A program made the position numbers and the translations under genes. The notes under the pieces were generated by a model. That model had not been told where the DNA came from. It worked only from the letters and a program-made list of their open reading frames with translations, and did no database searches. A DNA stretch of 64,000 bases from Pristiophorus japonicus (lineage: Eukaryota): contig NC_091993.1 of the NCBI RefSeq assembly GCF_044704955.1, positions 131,006,001-131,070,000 on the forward strand. The letters run 5' to 3'. Of this stretch, positions 48,785 through 62,131 are shown in pieces. How positions within the stretch are numbered: the stretch's first letter is position 1; each line of letters starts with the position of its first letter.

Positions 48785-51700
48785 AACATAGAAAATAGGT
48801 GCAGGAGTAGGCCATTCGGCCCTTCGATCCTGCACCGCCATTCAATAAGATCATGGCTGATCATTCCCTCTGTACCCCTTTCCTGCTTTCTCTCCATACC
48901 CCTTGATCCCTTTAGCCGTAAGGTCATATCTAACTCCCTCTTGAATATATCCAATGAACTGGCATAAAAAACTCTCTGCGGCAGGGAATTCCATAGGTTA
49001 ACAACTCTCTGAGTGAAGAAGTTTCTCCTCATCTCAGTCAGTCCTAAATGGCCTACTTCTTATCCTAAGACTATGTCCTCTGGTTCTGGACTTCCCCAAC
49101 ATCGGGAACATTCTTCCTGCATCTAACCTGTCCAGTCCCATCAGAATCTTATATGTTTCTATGAGATCCCCTCTCATCCTTCTGAACTCCAGTGAATAAA
49201 GGCCCAGTTGATCCAGTCTCTCCTCATATGACAGTACAGCCATCCCTGGAATCAGTCTGGTGAATCTTCGCTGCACTCCCTCAATAGCAAGAACGTCCTT
49301 CCTCAGATTAGGAGACCAAAACTGAACACAATATTCCAGGTGAGGCCTCACCAAGGCCCTGTACAACTGCAATAAGTCCTCCCTGCTCCTATACTCAAAT
49401 CTCCTAGCTATGAAGGCCAACATACCATTTGCCTTCTTAGATACCTGCATGCCAACTTTCAATGACTGATGAACCAAGACACCAAGGTCTCATTGCACCT
49501 CCCCTTTTCCTAATCTGCCGCCATTCAGATAATATTCTGCCTTCCTGTTTTCGCCCCCAAAATGGATAACCTCACATTTATCCACATTATACTGCATCTG
49601 CCATGCACTTGCCCACTCACCTAACCTGTCCAAGTCACCCTGCAGCCTCTTAGCATCCTCCTCACAGCTCACACTGCCACCCAGTTTAGTGTCATCTACA
49701 AACTTGGAGATATTACACTCAATTCCTTCATCTAAATCGTTAATGTATATTGTAAAGAGCTGGGGTCCCAGCACTGAGCCCTGCGGCACTCCACTAGTCA
49801 CTGCCTGCCATTCTGAAAAAGACCCGTTTATCCTGACTCTCTGCTTCCTGTCTGCCAACAAGTTCTCTATCCACATCAGTACATTGCCCCCAATAACATT
49901 CGCTTTGATTTTGCACACCAATCTCTTGTGCGGGACCTTGTCAAAAGCCTTTTCAAAGTCTAAATACACCACATCCACTGGTTCTCCCTTAACCACTCTG
50001 TTAGTTACATCCTCAAAAAATTCCAGAAGATTCGTCAAGCATGATTTCCCTTTCATAAATCCATGCTGACTTGGACCGATCCTGTCACTGCTTTCCAAAT
50101 GTGCTGTTATTTCACCCTTAATGATTGATTCCAACATTTTCCCCACTACTGATGTCAGGCTAACCGGTCTATAATTACCTGTTTTCTCTCTCCCTCCCTT
50201 TTTAAAAAGTGGTGTTACATTAGCTACCCTTCAGTCCATAGGAACTGATCCAGAGTCGATAGATTGTTGGAAAATGATCACCAATGCATCCATATTTCTA
50301 GGGCCACTTCCTTAAGTACTCTGGGATGCAGACTATCAGGCCCCGGGGATGTATCGGCCTTCAATCCCATCAATTTCCCTAACACAATTTCCCGCCTGAT
50401 AAGGATATCCTTCAGTTCCTCCTTCTCACTAGACCCACTGTCCCCTAGTACAATCGGAAGGTTATTTGTGTCTTCCTTCGTGAAGACAGAACCGAAGTAT
50501 TTGTTCAATTGGTCTGCCATTTCTTTGTTCCCCATTATAAATTCACCTGAATCCAACTGCAAGGGACCTACGTTTGTCTTCACTAATCTTTTTCTCTTCA
50601 CATATTTATAGAAACTTCTGCAGTCAGTTTTTATGTTCCCTGCAAGCTTCCTCTCGTACTCTATTTTCCCCCTCTTAATTAAACCCTTTGTCCTCCTGTG
50701 TTGAATTCTGAATTTCTCCCAGTCCTCAGGTTTGTTGCTTTTTCTAGCCAATTTATATGCCTCTTCCTTGGTTTTAACACTATCCTTAATGTCCCTTGTT
50801 AGCCACGGTTGAGCCACCTTCCCTGCTTTATTTTTACTCCAGACAGGGATCATCCATCATTGCTGAGGTTCATCCATGTGATCTTTAAATGTTTGCCATT
50901 GCTTATCCACCGTCAACCCTTTAAGTATCCTTTACCAGTCTATTCTAGCCAATTCACGCCTCATACCATCGAAGTTACCTTTCCTTAAGTTCAGGACCCT
51001 AGTTTCCGAATTAACTGTGTCACTCTCCATCTTAATAAAGAATTCTACCATATTATGGTCACTCTTCCCCAAGGGGCCTCGGACAACAAGATTGCTAATT
51101 AGTCCTTTCTCATTACACATCACCCAGTCTAGGATGGCCAGTTCTCTCGTTGGTTCCTCGACATATTGGTCTGGAAAACCACCCTAATACACTCCAGCAA
51201 ATCCTCCTCCACCGCATTGCTTCCAGTTTGGTTAGCCCAATCAATATGTAGATTAAAATCGCCCATGTTAACTGTACCTTTATTGCACACATTCCTTATT
51301 TCTTCTTTGATGCTGTCCCAACCTCTCATACTGTTTGGTGGTCTGTACACAACTCCCACTAGCGTTTTCTACCCTTTGGTGTTCCGCAGCTCCACCCATA
51401 CCGATTCTACATCGTCCAAGCCAATGTCCCTCCTTACTATTGCATTAATTTCCTCTTTAACCAGCAACGCACCCCGCCTTCATTTCCTCTCTGCCTATCC
51501 TTCCTAAATGTTGAATACCCCTGGATGTTGAGTTCCCAGCCTTGGTCACCTTGGAGCCATGTCTCCGTGATACCAATTACGTCATACCCGTTAATTGCTG
51601 TCTGCGCAGTTAGTTAGTCCACCTTATTCCGAATACTCCTCACATTGAGGCACAGAGCCTTCAGGTTTGTCTTTTTAGAATTTTGCTGTAATGTGGCCCT

Positions 51701-53551
51701 TTTTGTTTTTTGCCTTGGGTTTCTCTGTCCTCCACTTTTACTATTCTCCTTTCTATCTTTTGCTTCTGCCTCCATTTTATTTCTCTCTGTCTCCCTGCAA
51801 AGGTTCCCATCCCCCTGTCATGTTAGTTTAACTCCTCCCCAACAGCACTAGCAAACACTCCCCCTAGGACATTGGTTCCGGTCCTGCCCAGGTGTAGACC
51901 GTCCGGTTTGTACTGGTCCCACCTCCCCCAGAACCGGTTCCAATGTCCCAGGAATTTGAATCCCTCCCTGCTGCACCACTCCTCAAGCCACGTATTCATC
52001 TGAGCTATCCTGTGATTCCTACTCTGACTAGCACATGGCACTGGTAGCAATTCTGAGATTACTACTTTTGAGGTCCTACTTTTTAATTTAGCTCTTAGCT
52101 CCCTACATTCGTCTCATAGGACCTCATCCTGTTTTTTTACCTATATTGTTGGTACCTAAAAGCACCACGACAACTGGCTGTTCACCCTCCCTTTTCAGAA
52201 TGTCCTGCACCCACTCCGAGACATCCTTGACCCTTGCACCAAGGAGGCAACATACCATCCTGGAGTCTCGGTTGCGGCCGCAGAAACGCCTATCTATTCC
52301 CCTTACAATTGAATTCCCTATCACTATCGCTCTCCCACTCTTTTTCCTGCCCTCCTGTGCAGCAGAGCCAGCCACGGTGCCATGAACTTGGCTGCTGCTG
52401 CCCTCCCCTGATGAGTCATCCCCCTCAACAGTACCCAAAGCGGTGTATCTGTTTTGCAGGGGGATGACCGCAGGGGACCCCTGCATTACCTTCCTTGTAC
52501 TGCTCTTCCTGTTGGTCACCCATTTACTATCTGGCTGTGTACCCTTTACCTGCAGTAAGACCAACTCACTAAACGTGCTGTTCACATCATTCTCAGCATC
52601 GTGGATGCTCCAGAATTCATCCACCTGCAGCTCCAGTGCCGCAATGCTGTCCGTCAGGAGCTGCAGGTGGATACACTTCCCGCACACGTAGTCGTCAAGG
52701 ACACCGGAAGCGTCCCTGACTTCCCACATAGTACAGGAGGAGCATAACACGTGTCTGAGCTGTCCTGCCATGACTTAACCCCTAGATAGATTTAATTTGT
52801 CAACAACAATGCTAAATGTTACTTACTGATAAAGAAAAGAAAAAAGAAAAGCTGCTTACCAATCACCAGCCAATCATTTACCCCCTTGGCTGTGATGTCA
52901 CCTTTTGATTTCTTTCTACTTCTTTTTTGCCTTCTCTCCCAGCTGCAGCTACACAAGCTCCGCCTTTATAGGGCACTCGCCTCCCGCCTCCAGACTGCTG
53001 CCGCTCGCCTCGAACTGTTGGGCCTTTATAGGGCACTCGCCTCCCGCCTCCAGACTGCTGCCGCTCGCCTCGAACTGTTGGGCCTTTATAGGGCACTCTC
53101 CTCCCGCCTCCCGCCTGCTGCCGCTCGCCTCGAACTGTTGGGCACTCGCCTCCCGCCTCCCGACTGCTGCCGCTCGCCTCGAACTGTTGGGCCTTTATAG
53201 GGCACTCGCCTCCCGAACTCCCGCCTGCTGCCGCTCGCCTCGAACTGTTGGGCCTTTATAGGGCACTCGCCTCCCGAACTCCCGCCTGCTGCCGCTCGCC
53301 TCGAACTGTTGGGCCTTTATAGGGCACTCTCCTCCCGCCTCCAGACTGCTGCCGATCGCCTCGAACTGTTGGGCCTTTATAGGGCACTCGCCTCCCGCCT
53401 CCCGCCTGCTGCCGCTCGCCTCGAACTGTTGGGCCTTTATCGGGCACTCGCCTCCCGCCTCCAGACTGCTGCCGCTCGCCTCGAACTGTTGGGCCTTTAT
53501 AGGGCACTCTCCTCCCGACTCCCGCCTGCTGCCACTCGCCTCGAACTGTTG
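48785..53551 (-). mobile_element. Full-length CR1 LINE (5' tandem monomers, ORF1, ORF2, tail); ORFs disrupted
   Basis: ORF1 51823-52771 (Cys finger CSSC...CGKC, esterase VIGNSIVRG, DGLHL); ORF2 fragments 49034-51650; tail at 48785. Confidence 0.94.
52962..53551 (-). repeat. Ten tandem ~60-bp monomers at the CR1 5' end
   Basis: Unit GCCTTTATAGGGCACTCGCCTCCCGCCTCCAGACTGCTGCCGCTCGCCTCGAACTGTTGG on +. Confidence 0.93.
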
Positions 53552-54109
53552 GGAGCCCGAGTAAAACTGAAGTCAATGGAAATCAGAGGGAAAACTCTCC
53601 ACTGGCTGGAGTCATACCCAGCACAAAGGAAAGATGGTTGTGGTGGTTGGAGGTCAATCATCACAGCCCCAGGACATCGCTGCAGGAGTTCCTCAGGGCA
53701 GTGTCATAGGCCCAACCATCTTCAGCTGCTTCATCAATGACCTTCCTCCATCATAAGGTCAGAAGTGGGGATGTTCGCTGATGATTGCACAGTGTTCAGT
53801 TCCATTCGTAACTCCTCAGATAATGAAGCAGTCTGTGCCTGCATGCAGCAAGACCTGGACAACATTCAGGCTCGGGCTGATAAGTGGCAAGTAACATTCA
53901 CACCACACAAGTGCCAGGCAATGACCATCTCCAACAAGCGAGAGTCTAACCACTGCCCCTTAACATTCAATGGCATTACCATCGTCGAATCCCCCACCAT
54001 CAACATCCTGGGGCACCATTGACCAGAAACGTAACTGGAGCAGCCACATCAATAACTGCTGGCCTTGCAGGGACACCCACTTCCCAGGAACAAATAATAA
54101 AAAAGGAAA

Positions 54110-54560
54110 ACAATCCCAGCCTCTCCAATCTCTCCACATAACTGAAGTCCCTAATCCCTAATACCACTCTAGTAAATCTCCTCTGCACCCTCTCGAAGGC
54201 CTTGACATCCTTACTAAACTGTGGTGCCCAGAATTGAACACAATATTCCAGTTGGCGCCTAACAAGTGTTTTTATAAAGATATAAAGCTTTTGTACTCTA
54301 TGCCTCTATTTTTATAAAGCTTTTATATAACCTGTCCTGCCATCTTCAAAGATTTGTGTTGCTCTACCCCCAGCTCTCTGTTGCTGCAGCGCCTATACCA
54401 TTTAGTTTATCTTGCCTCTCCTCATTCTTCCTTCCAAAATGCAACACTTCACATTTCTCAGCAATAAATTTCATCTGCCATGTGTCTGCCCATTTCATCA
54501 GTCTGCCTGTGTCCTTCTGAAGACTGTTACTATCCTGCTCATTGTTTACTGCCTTTCCAA
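54110..54560 (-). mobile_element. Old CR1 ORF2 fragment
   Basis: WADTWQMKF..EKCEVLHFG and QRRFTR remnants. Confidence 0.75.
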
Positions 54561-55167
54561 GGGTCAGATAGATATCTTTCACAAATTAATATTTTGGGAT
54601 GCAGTATAAAGTAATCTGAGGCATGATGTTTGATGAATCAAGAACTCCGTTATTGTATTGTATCATGCAACTACCAGAATGGTAGACGGTGAACTAGATG
54701 GTCATTGGTCACTTTTATCCAGCCTTTCTTTGTGTGGGATGTCTGATGTTCCAAGGGCTTCACATAGCAAAGCATTGTACCAGTGGAGCTGCATGATGCA
54801 TGGTCAGTGATTGACGCAGGGTGGGTGGCTGCTCTCTCTCTTTGCTTCACCACAAAGTGTGTAGGATCCTAAGAGGCACCCACTAATACTCGGCAGCCTC
54901 CTCACCCACTCCGAGGCAGCACCCAGAGTGAGCACTGGGATAGGCTGTGGAAGGTTCTCCCCATACACCCTCTCCAGCTGTGAAATCTGGTGCCACATTA
55001 TTTTAACTTTGTCCAGCATTTTCTTCTGATGGTGCAGGATAAGGTGTCAGCAGATGGAAGGCCGGGTACCCATGGTCATTGAGTTAGTCAGAGGTGAGCT
55101 GTGCATAGGACCAATGGCCAACCTTGTGGATTAGGCACTTCAGTGAAAGTCTCGCCTGTGTAATGTG

Positions 55168-55697
55168 ATGTGCAGTTCTGGTCACCACATTACATGAAAG
55201 TTGTGATTGCACTGGAAAGGGTACAGAGGAGATTTACAAGAATGTTGCCTGGACTGGAGAATTTTGACTCTGAGAGAAGATTGGAGATGCTGGGTCTATT
55301 TTGTTTGGAACAGAGGGAGCTGAGGGGAGACCTGATTGAGGTATATAAAATTATGAGGGGCCTGGATAGAGTGTATTGGAAGGACCTGTTCCCCTTGGCA
55401 GAGAGGTCAACAACCAGGGAGCATAGATTTAAAGTAATTGGGAGGAGGTTTAGAGATGATTTGAGGGTAAATTTCTTCACCCAGAGGGTGGTGAGGGTCT
55501 GGAACTCACTGCCTGAAAGGGTGGTAGAGGCAGAAACCCTCACCACATTTAAAAAGTACTTGGATATGCACTTGAAGTGCCGTAACCTACAGGGCTATGG
55601 ACCAAGAGCTGGAAAGTGGGATAGCTCTTTGTTGGCCGGTGCGGATACAATGGGCAGAAATGGCCTCCTTCCGTGCTGTAAATTTCTATGATTCTAT
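55168..55697 (+). mobile_element. CR1 3' fragment
   Basis: QFWSPH...ERVQRRFTRM...WNSLPE; tail (ATTCTATG)n. Confidence 0.88.
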
Positions 55698-56061
55698 GAG
55701 AGAAAGAAAGGACTTGTATTTGTACAATATCTTTCACATCCTCAGGAGATCCCAAATTGCCTCACAGCCAATGGTATACTCTTGAAGTGTAGTCACTGTT
55801 GTAATGTCGGAAAGGCAGCAACCAATGTGAACACAAGAAAGCATGCCCTTTCCTGACTAGTTATTTCAGCAGGACCAAATTCTGGGTCACTGTTGGGCGC
55901 CCTGCCTTGGTGAGTGAGTCTCCTATTTCACTTACTCCATGGTTAGACCTCCTGGATGGCAAAGTTGTGCAGAATTCAGCAACCAGCGATAGTCTTGCAG
56001 ATCTTGCTGGGGCCATGCTACAAAACTTTGAACCAGGTCCCGGAAGTATTCTCAGTAATCC

Positions 56062-56490
56062 TCATAGACAGTCCCTCGAAACGAGGATGACTTTCTTCCA
56101 CGCCAAAAAGGGATGAGTTCACAGGTGTTTCAATGAAGGACCTAATATTCCATCCTGAAGGGTGGAAGATGCCTGTGCTTGGATTTTTTTAACGTGGGGT
56201 GGTCGTTGCACACCAGCCACCACACGGGCTTGACAGAGCTAGGTCTTGGTCCAGTGGCAAGGATTACCCAAGACAACTGGAGACCAGCTCTGCTGCACGG
56301 ACCTAGTGCGCACAGATATCGCAATGTGGCTGGCCCGTGCTGCCCCTGGGCCCTTGCCTCTTCTGAGCCCTGAACACACGCCTCTCCCGAGTCCCAGTCA
56401 TGTCGCGCTATAATCTCTCACCGTTCCTTCGCCCTGACCTCGCCGCTTCTGCTGTACCTGCGCACGCTCCAATCACCGACCTGGACCTTG
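56062..56490 (-). mobile_element. Non-autonomous RTE-related element or SINE
   Basis: Minus-strand end AAGTCATCCTCGTTTCGAGGGACTGTCTATGA matches the RTE 3' UTR at 63082-63115; the rest is non-coding. Confidence 0.6.
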
Positions 56491-56714
56491 ATGTTGGTGT
56501 GGCACACAGCTTGTATCATTACTCAGCTGGTCCTTGTGACTATCCTAATCATCATTAACCAGGGCTGAATACTGTCCCCTGGACTCCAGGAGCCATCCAG
56601 CCAGTCTGCCACCTCCTTTCAATAGCCCCAGGCAGAGGATTGTTTTGCAGTGACGGAGGCATTAGTCTCCATGTTCCAGAGCTGCCAGTCACTGACCATC
56701 AGCACACTGACACG

Positions 56715-56980
56715 TTGCAACAACAGCTTGCATTTATATAGCGCCTTTTAGTTAGTCAAATATCCCAATGAACTTCACAGGCATGTTATCAAACAAAATC
56801 AATCACCAAGCCACATGAGATATTAGGGCTGGTGACCAAAAGCTTGGTCAAAGAGGTAGGTTTTAAGAAGCGTCTTAAAGGAGGAGAGAGGCGGAGGGGC
56901 AGAGGGGCAGAGTGGTTTCGGGAGGAAATTCCAGAGCTCGGCCCAGGAAACTGAAGGCATAGCCGCCAAGGATGGTTGAT
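56715..56980 (-). mobile_element. L2 3' fragment
   Basis: CAACAACAGCTTGCATTTATATAGCGCC tail; TGACCAAAAGCTTGGTCAAAGAGG. Confidence 0.8.
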
Positions 56981-57248
56981 GAACCTCCTGGGATTGTGTG
57001 AAGAGGCCTGATGCCAACAGAACACTATAGATTTCTGACAATCCTTTGATGTGGAAGCCTTTCTGCTCATTTTATTCTGGTGCCAGTTTGCCAAAGGCAA
57101 AGTAACGAAGGTGTTGCAAACAATGCATCAGTGAGCTGCTTCATACATCTGTGCACTGCAAATTGGCTGATGGAATGAGTCAAAAGTTCAGGGCTGTGGC
57201 CATCTCCAAAGTGACTGGCAGTGCCAACCCTGCAGTGGCGATGGTTTG

Positions 57249-57459
57249 TGTTGTGTATCTGTAAAGCATGTACTCCCATGTTCCATCACCAGGGAGCTCA
57301 TCCCCTGATGTCCCAAGGAATCCTAGCATCCCTTGGGAGCACTGTATATAAGCCGGCCCCTAAGGCCTGTTGCTCCCTCTGGAGTGTCTTATTAAAGACT
57401 GAGGTCACTGTTACTTTAACCTCCCTGTGTGCAGCCTCACCTGTGTTAGGAACACAACA
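57249..57459 (+). repeat. Gypsy 5' LTR
   Basis: TGTTGTGT...ACACAACA 8-bp inverted ends; TATATAA; ATTAAA. Confidence 0.95.
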
Positions 57460-57491
57460 ACTGGCGACGAGAATACGAATCCAACGCAAAG

Positions 57492-60400
57492 ATGCAGCAA
57501 ACTGTGGGCATCCTGGAGAAGTTCTCGGAGGGTGAGGACTGGGAAGCCTATATCGAACGGCTAGACCAGTACTTTGTAGCCAATGAGCTGGACGGAGAAG
57601 GAAGCGCTGCAAAAAGGAGAGCGGTCCTCGTCGCAGTCTGCGGGGCACCGACCTACAGCCTCATGAAGAATCTTCTGGTTCCGTGAAACCCACAGATAAG
57701 TCTTATGAGGAGCTGTGTATAACTGGTTCGGGAGCATCTTAACCCGAGGTAGAGCATACTGATGGCGAGGTATCGGTTCTACACGTGCCAGCGATCTGAA
57801 GGTCAGGAAGTGGCGAGCTACATCACCGAGCTAAGGCGACTTGCAGGACAATGTGAATCTGATGGCTACCTGGAGCAAATGCTCACAGACTTTTCTGTAC
57901 TGGGCACTGGCCACGAGACCATCCTACGAAAACTTTTGACTGTAGAGACACCAACCCTCAGTAAGGCCATTGCGATAGCACAGGCGTTTATGTCCACCAG
58001 TGATAACACCAAACAAATCTCAGCAGACAAGTGCCAGCAAAGTTCATAAATTAACTGGAACTGTGTTTGTGAGCAGAAATGTACAGGGCAGAACCCATGA
58101 GTCTGCAACTGCCGGCAGGTCTCAGGTGACCCAGATGACTCGGAGTCCCCAACAAAGGATGAATGTAAGGCAATTCACACCTTGTTGGCGTTGTGGAGGC
58201 TTCCATTCAGCTTATTCATGCCGCTTCAAAGGGTATGTTTGCAAGAGCTGCGAAACAATGGGGCACCTCCAACGAGCTGCAAGCTCTGCAAAACCTGCTA
58301 ACCACCACGTGGCAGAGGAAGATCGGTCCATGGTGGATCAAAGTAATTTCGAGCCTCAGAGAGAGGAGGCAGATGCTGAAGTACACGGGGTGCACACATT
58401 TTCGACAAAATATCCACCTATAATGCTAAATGTAAAATTGAATGGCTTACCTGTAGCCATGGAACTGGACACTGCCGCTAGCCAATCCATCATGAGTAAA
58501 AAGATGTTTGAGAGACTGTGTTGCAACAAGGTATTCAGACCAGCCCTGAGCCCCATCCACACGAAACTGAGAACGTACACCAAAGAGCTTATCACTGTCC
58601 TGGGCAGCGCCATGGTCAAGGTCACCTACGAGGGCACGGTGCACGAACTGCCACTCTGGATTGTCCCGGGCGATGGCCCCACACTACTTGGAAGGAGCTG
58701 GCTGGGCAAAATCCGCTGGAACTGGGATGATATCCGAGCGCTATCACATGTCGATGAGGTCTCATGTACCCAAGTTCTTAACAAATTTCCGGCCCTTTTT
58801 GAGCCAGGCATTGGAAACTTTTCCGGGGCGAAAGTGCGGATTCACTTGGTCCCAGAGGCACGACCCATTCACCACAAGGCGCGAGCGGTACCTCACATGA
58901 TGAGGGAGAGAGTGGAAATCGAGCTGGACAGGCTGCAACGCGAGGGCATCATCTTCAGCGAGTGGGCCAGCCCAATTGTTCCAGTTCTCAAAAGTGATGG
59001 CACGGTCAGGATTTGCGGCGATTATAAAGTAACTATTAATTGTTTCTCGCTACAGGACCAATACCCACTACCTAAGGCAGACGACCTATTTGCAACACTG
59101 GCAGGAGGCAAGACATTCACCAAGCTCAACCTGACTTCGGCCTACATGATGCAGGAGCTGGAGGAGTGTTTGAAGGGCCTCACCATCAACATACACAAGG
59201 GACTTTTCATCTACAGCAGATACCCGTTTGGAATTCGGTCGGCTGCAGCGATCTTCCAGAGAAACATGGAGAGCCAATCAAGTCGATACCACACACTGTG
59301 GCTTTCAGGACGACATATTGGTCATGGGTTGAGACACCGCCGAGCACCTATTGGGGAGAAAGATCGTGGCGGACGGCAGTCGGCCCACAGACGCCAAGGC
59401 AGAGGCTATCAGGAATGTGCCCAGGCCACGGAATGTCACGGAGCTGCGGTCGTTCCTGGGACTCCTCAACTATTTTGGTAACTTCCAACCGGGGTTAAGC
59501 CTTTTAGAGCCTCTACATGTGTTATTGCGCAAAGGTGAGAACTGGGTATGGGGGAAAAAACAAGTAATTGCTTTTGAAAAAGCATAAAACATTTTATGCT
59601 CCAACAAGCTGCTTGTATTGTATAACCCGTGTAAAAGACTCGTGCTAGCATGTGATGCATCGTCGTACGGAGTCGGGTGTGTATTACAACAAGCTAACGT
59701 TGCGGGGAAGTTGCAACCTGTCGCCTATGCTTCCAGGAGCTTGTCTAAGGCCGAGGGCCTACAGCATGATTGAAAAAGAGGCATTAGCGTGTGTGTTCGG
59801 GGTAAAGAAAATGCATCAGTACCTGTTTGGCCTCAAATTTGAGCTGGAAACCGATCACAAGCCCCTCACATCCTTGTTCACTGAAAACAAGAGGATAAAT
59901 GCCTCAGACGACATACAAAGGTGGGCACTCGCACTATCAGCGTATAACTATACCATCCGCCACAGGCCAGGCACAGAGAACTGTGCAGGTGTTCTCAGTC
60001 GGCTACTATTGCCCACCACAGGGATGGAAATGGCGCAGCCTGTAAACTTGTTGATGGTGGCACAGCCCGCAGACTTGTTGATGGTCATGGAAGCATTTGA
60101 AAATGATAAATCACCTGTCACGGCCCGCCAGATTAGGACTTGGACCAGCCAAGATCCTCTGCTGTCCCTTGTAAAAAAAAAAAACTGTGTACTGCATGGG
60201 AGCTGGGCCAGCATCCCCGTTGAAATGCAAGAGATAATCAAGCCGTTCCAGCGGCGAAAGGACGAGCTGTCCATTCAGGCGACTGCCTGTTGTGGGGTAA
60301 CCGCGTAGTGCTACCCAAAAAAGGGCAGGAAGACGTACATCTCAGATCTCCACAGCACACACCCCGGTATAGGAATGATGAAAGCGATAGACAGATCCCA

Positions 60401-61479
60401 CGTGTGGTGGCCCGGTATTGACTCTGACTTAGAGCCCTGTGTACGGCAATGCAGCGTGTGTGCTCAATTGAGCAACACGCCCAGAGAGGCACCATTAAGT
60501 TTGTGGTCCTGACCCTCCAGACCATGGTCGAGGATCCATGTTGACTATGCGGGCCCGTTTCTCGGTAAAATGTTCCTGATAGTGGTGGATGCTTTTTCAA
60601 AATGGATTGAAAATGAAATAATGTCGGGAAGCACCGCCACCGCCACCATTGAAAGCCTGAGGGCCATGTTTGCCACCCACGGCCTGCCTGACATACTGGT
60701 CAGTGACAACGGGCCATGTTTCACCAGTGCCGAATTTAAAGAATTCATGATCCGCAATGGGATCAAACATGTCACCTCGGCCCCGTTTAAACCAGCCCCC
60801 AATGGGCAGGCAGAGCGGGCAGTACAAACAATCAAACAGAGCCTTAAACGAGTCACGGAAGGCTCACTCCAAACCCGCCTGTCCCGAGTACTGCTCAGCT
60901 ACCGCACGAGACCCCACTCGCTCACAGGGGTGCCCCTGGCTGAGCTACTCATGAAAAAGACACTTAAAACCAGACTCTCGCTGGTTCACCCCAATCTGCA
61001 TGATCAGGTAGGGAGCAGGCAGCAGCAACAAAATGTAAATGATGGTCGCGCCACTGTGTCACGGGAAATTGATCTGAATGATCCTGTGTATGTGCTAAAC
61101 TATGGACATGGTCCCAAGTGGATCGTGGGCACGGTGATAGCTAAAGAAGGGAGTAGGGTGTTTGTAGTCAAACTAGACAATGGACAAATTTGCAGAAAGC
61201 ACCTGGACCAAACGATGCTGCGGTTCACAGACTGCCCTGAACAACCCACAGCAGACAGCACCTTTTTCGAGCCCACAACACACACCTAAAGGATCAACAA
61301 CACCACGCCGGACCAGGAAATTGAACCCATCACGCCCAGCAAGGCCAGGCTCACCCAGCAGCCCTGCAGGGCCAACAACACGCCAGCCCAGCGAGGGCAC
61401 AGCCAACACACCAGAACAGACATTTGAACCGAGGCGGTCCACCAGGGAAAGAAAGGCTCCCGACCGCCTCACCTTGTAA
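57492..61479 (+). pseudogene. Gypsy gag-pol polyprotein remnants
   Basis: EDWEAYIERL; twin knuckles CWRCGG.H...C and C..C...GH; ELDT protease; WASPIVPV.K.DG.VRICGDY; CDAS and TDHKPL RNase H; VVDAFSKW, SDNGP, NGQAER integrase. Multiple frameshifts and an RT deletion near 59350. Confidence 0.92.
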
Positions 61480-61512
61480 ATAGTTTTCACTTTGACTTTG
61501 TGGGGGGAGTGA

Positions 61513-61723
61513 TGTTGTGTATCTGTAAAGCATGCACTCCCATGTTCCGCCACCAGGGAGCGCATCCCCTGAAGTTCCAAGGAGTCCCAGCATCCCTTGG
61601 GAGCATTATATATAAGCCGGCCCCTAAGGCCTGTTCCTTACTCTGGAGTGTCTTAATACAGACTGAGGTCACTGTTACTTTAACCTCCCTGTGTGCAGTC
61701 TCATCTGTGTTAGGAACACAATA
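61513..61723 (+). repeat. Gypsy 3' LTR
   Basis: Direct repeat of 57249-57459 with about 18 substitutions (manual count). Confidence 0.95.
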
Positions 61724-62131
61724 GTTTGCAGGTCAGATTTTGTCTGATGGTACAGGTCAATGATCGAGTCCCTGGTGAAGTGGAACTTAGGCAGGTGGTG
61801 CCCAGACCTCCCCAGGTAGGTGTGTCTGTCCGTAATGTCTGTCTCTGCTGCCTCACCTCTCTCCTTCATCCCTTTCTTTCACCTGCAAGAAAAACAGAGA
61901 GAGGAAATGTTTATATTCCAGTTTTTGACTCTAGAAATCAGGGAACCTGTGATTCACCACAAACAGTTCATTTCCTCAAAGCGCAAGGACATCCTGACCT
62001 TCATCGGCCACTTTATATGGGCAGCACATTCCCTGCGAGAACAGTGGAGAATCACACTGAGCCTCATGTTGCTCAGTGTTTGCACAGTATCAGCAGGCTC
62101 TCACACACAATGTGGAGGAATAGTTCAGACT

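Larger units (their letters stand above)
48587..54055 (+). mobile_element. Older LINE RT fragment (CR1/Jockey group) split by a full-length CR1 (parts 48587-48784 and 53552-54055)
   Basis: AAFDRVWYQG joins to ARVKLKSM...AGVPQG...MFADDCTVF across the insertion; GGA at both junctions. Confidence 0.8.
57249..61723 (+). mobile_element. Ty3/Gypsy LTR retrotransposon (Mag-like), full length, decayed
   Basis: 211-bp LTRs; perfect TSD GTTTG (57244-57248 and 61724-61728); PBS TGGCGACGAG at 57462; PPT 61502-61509; domain order gag-PR-RT-RH-IN; no env. Confidence 0.96.
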
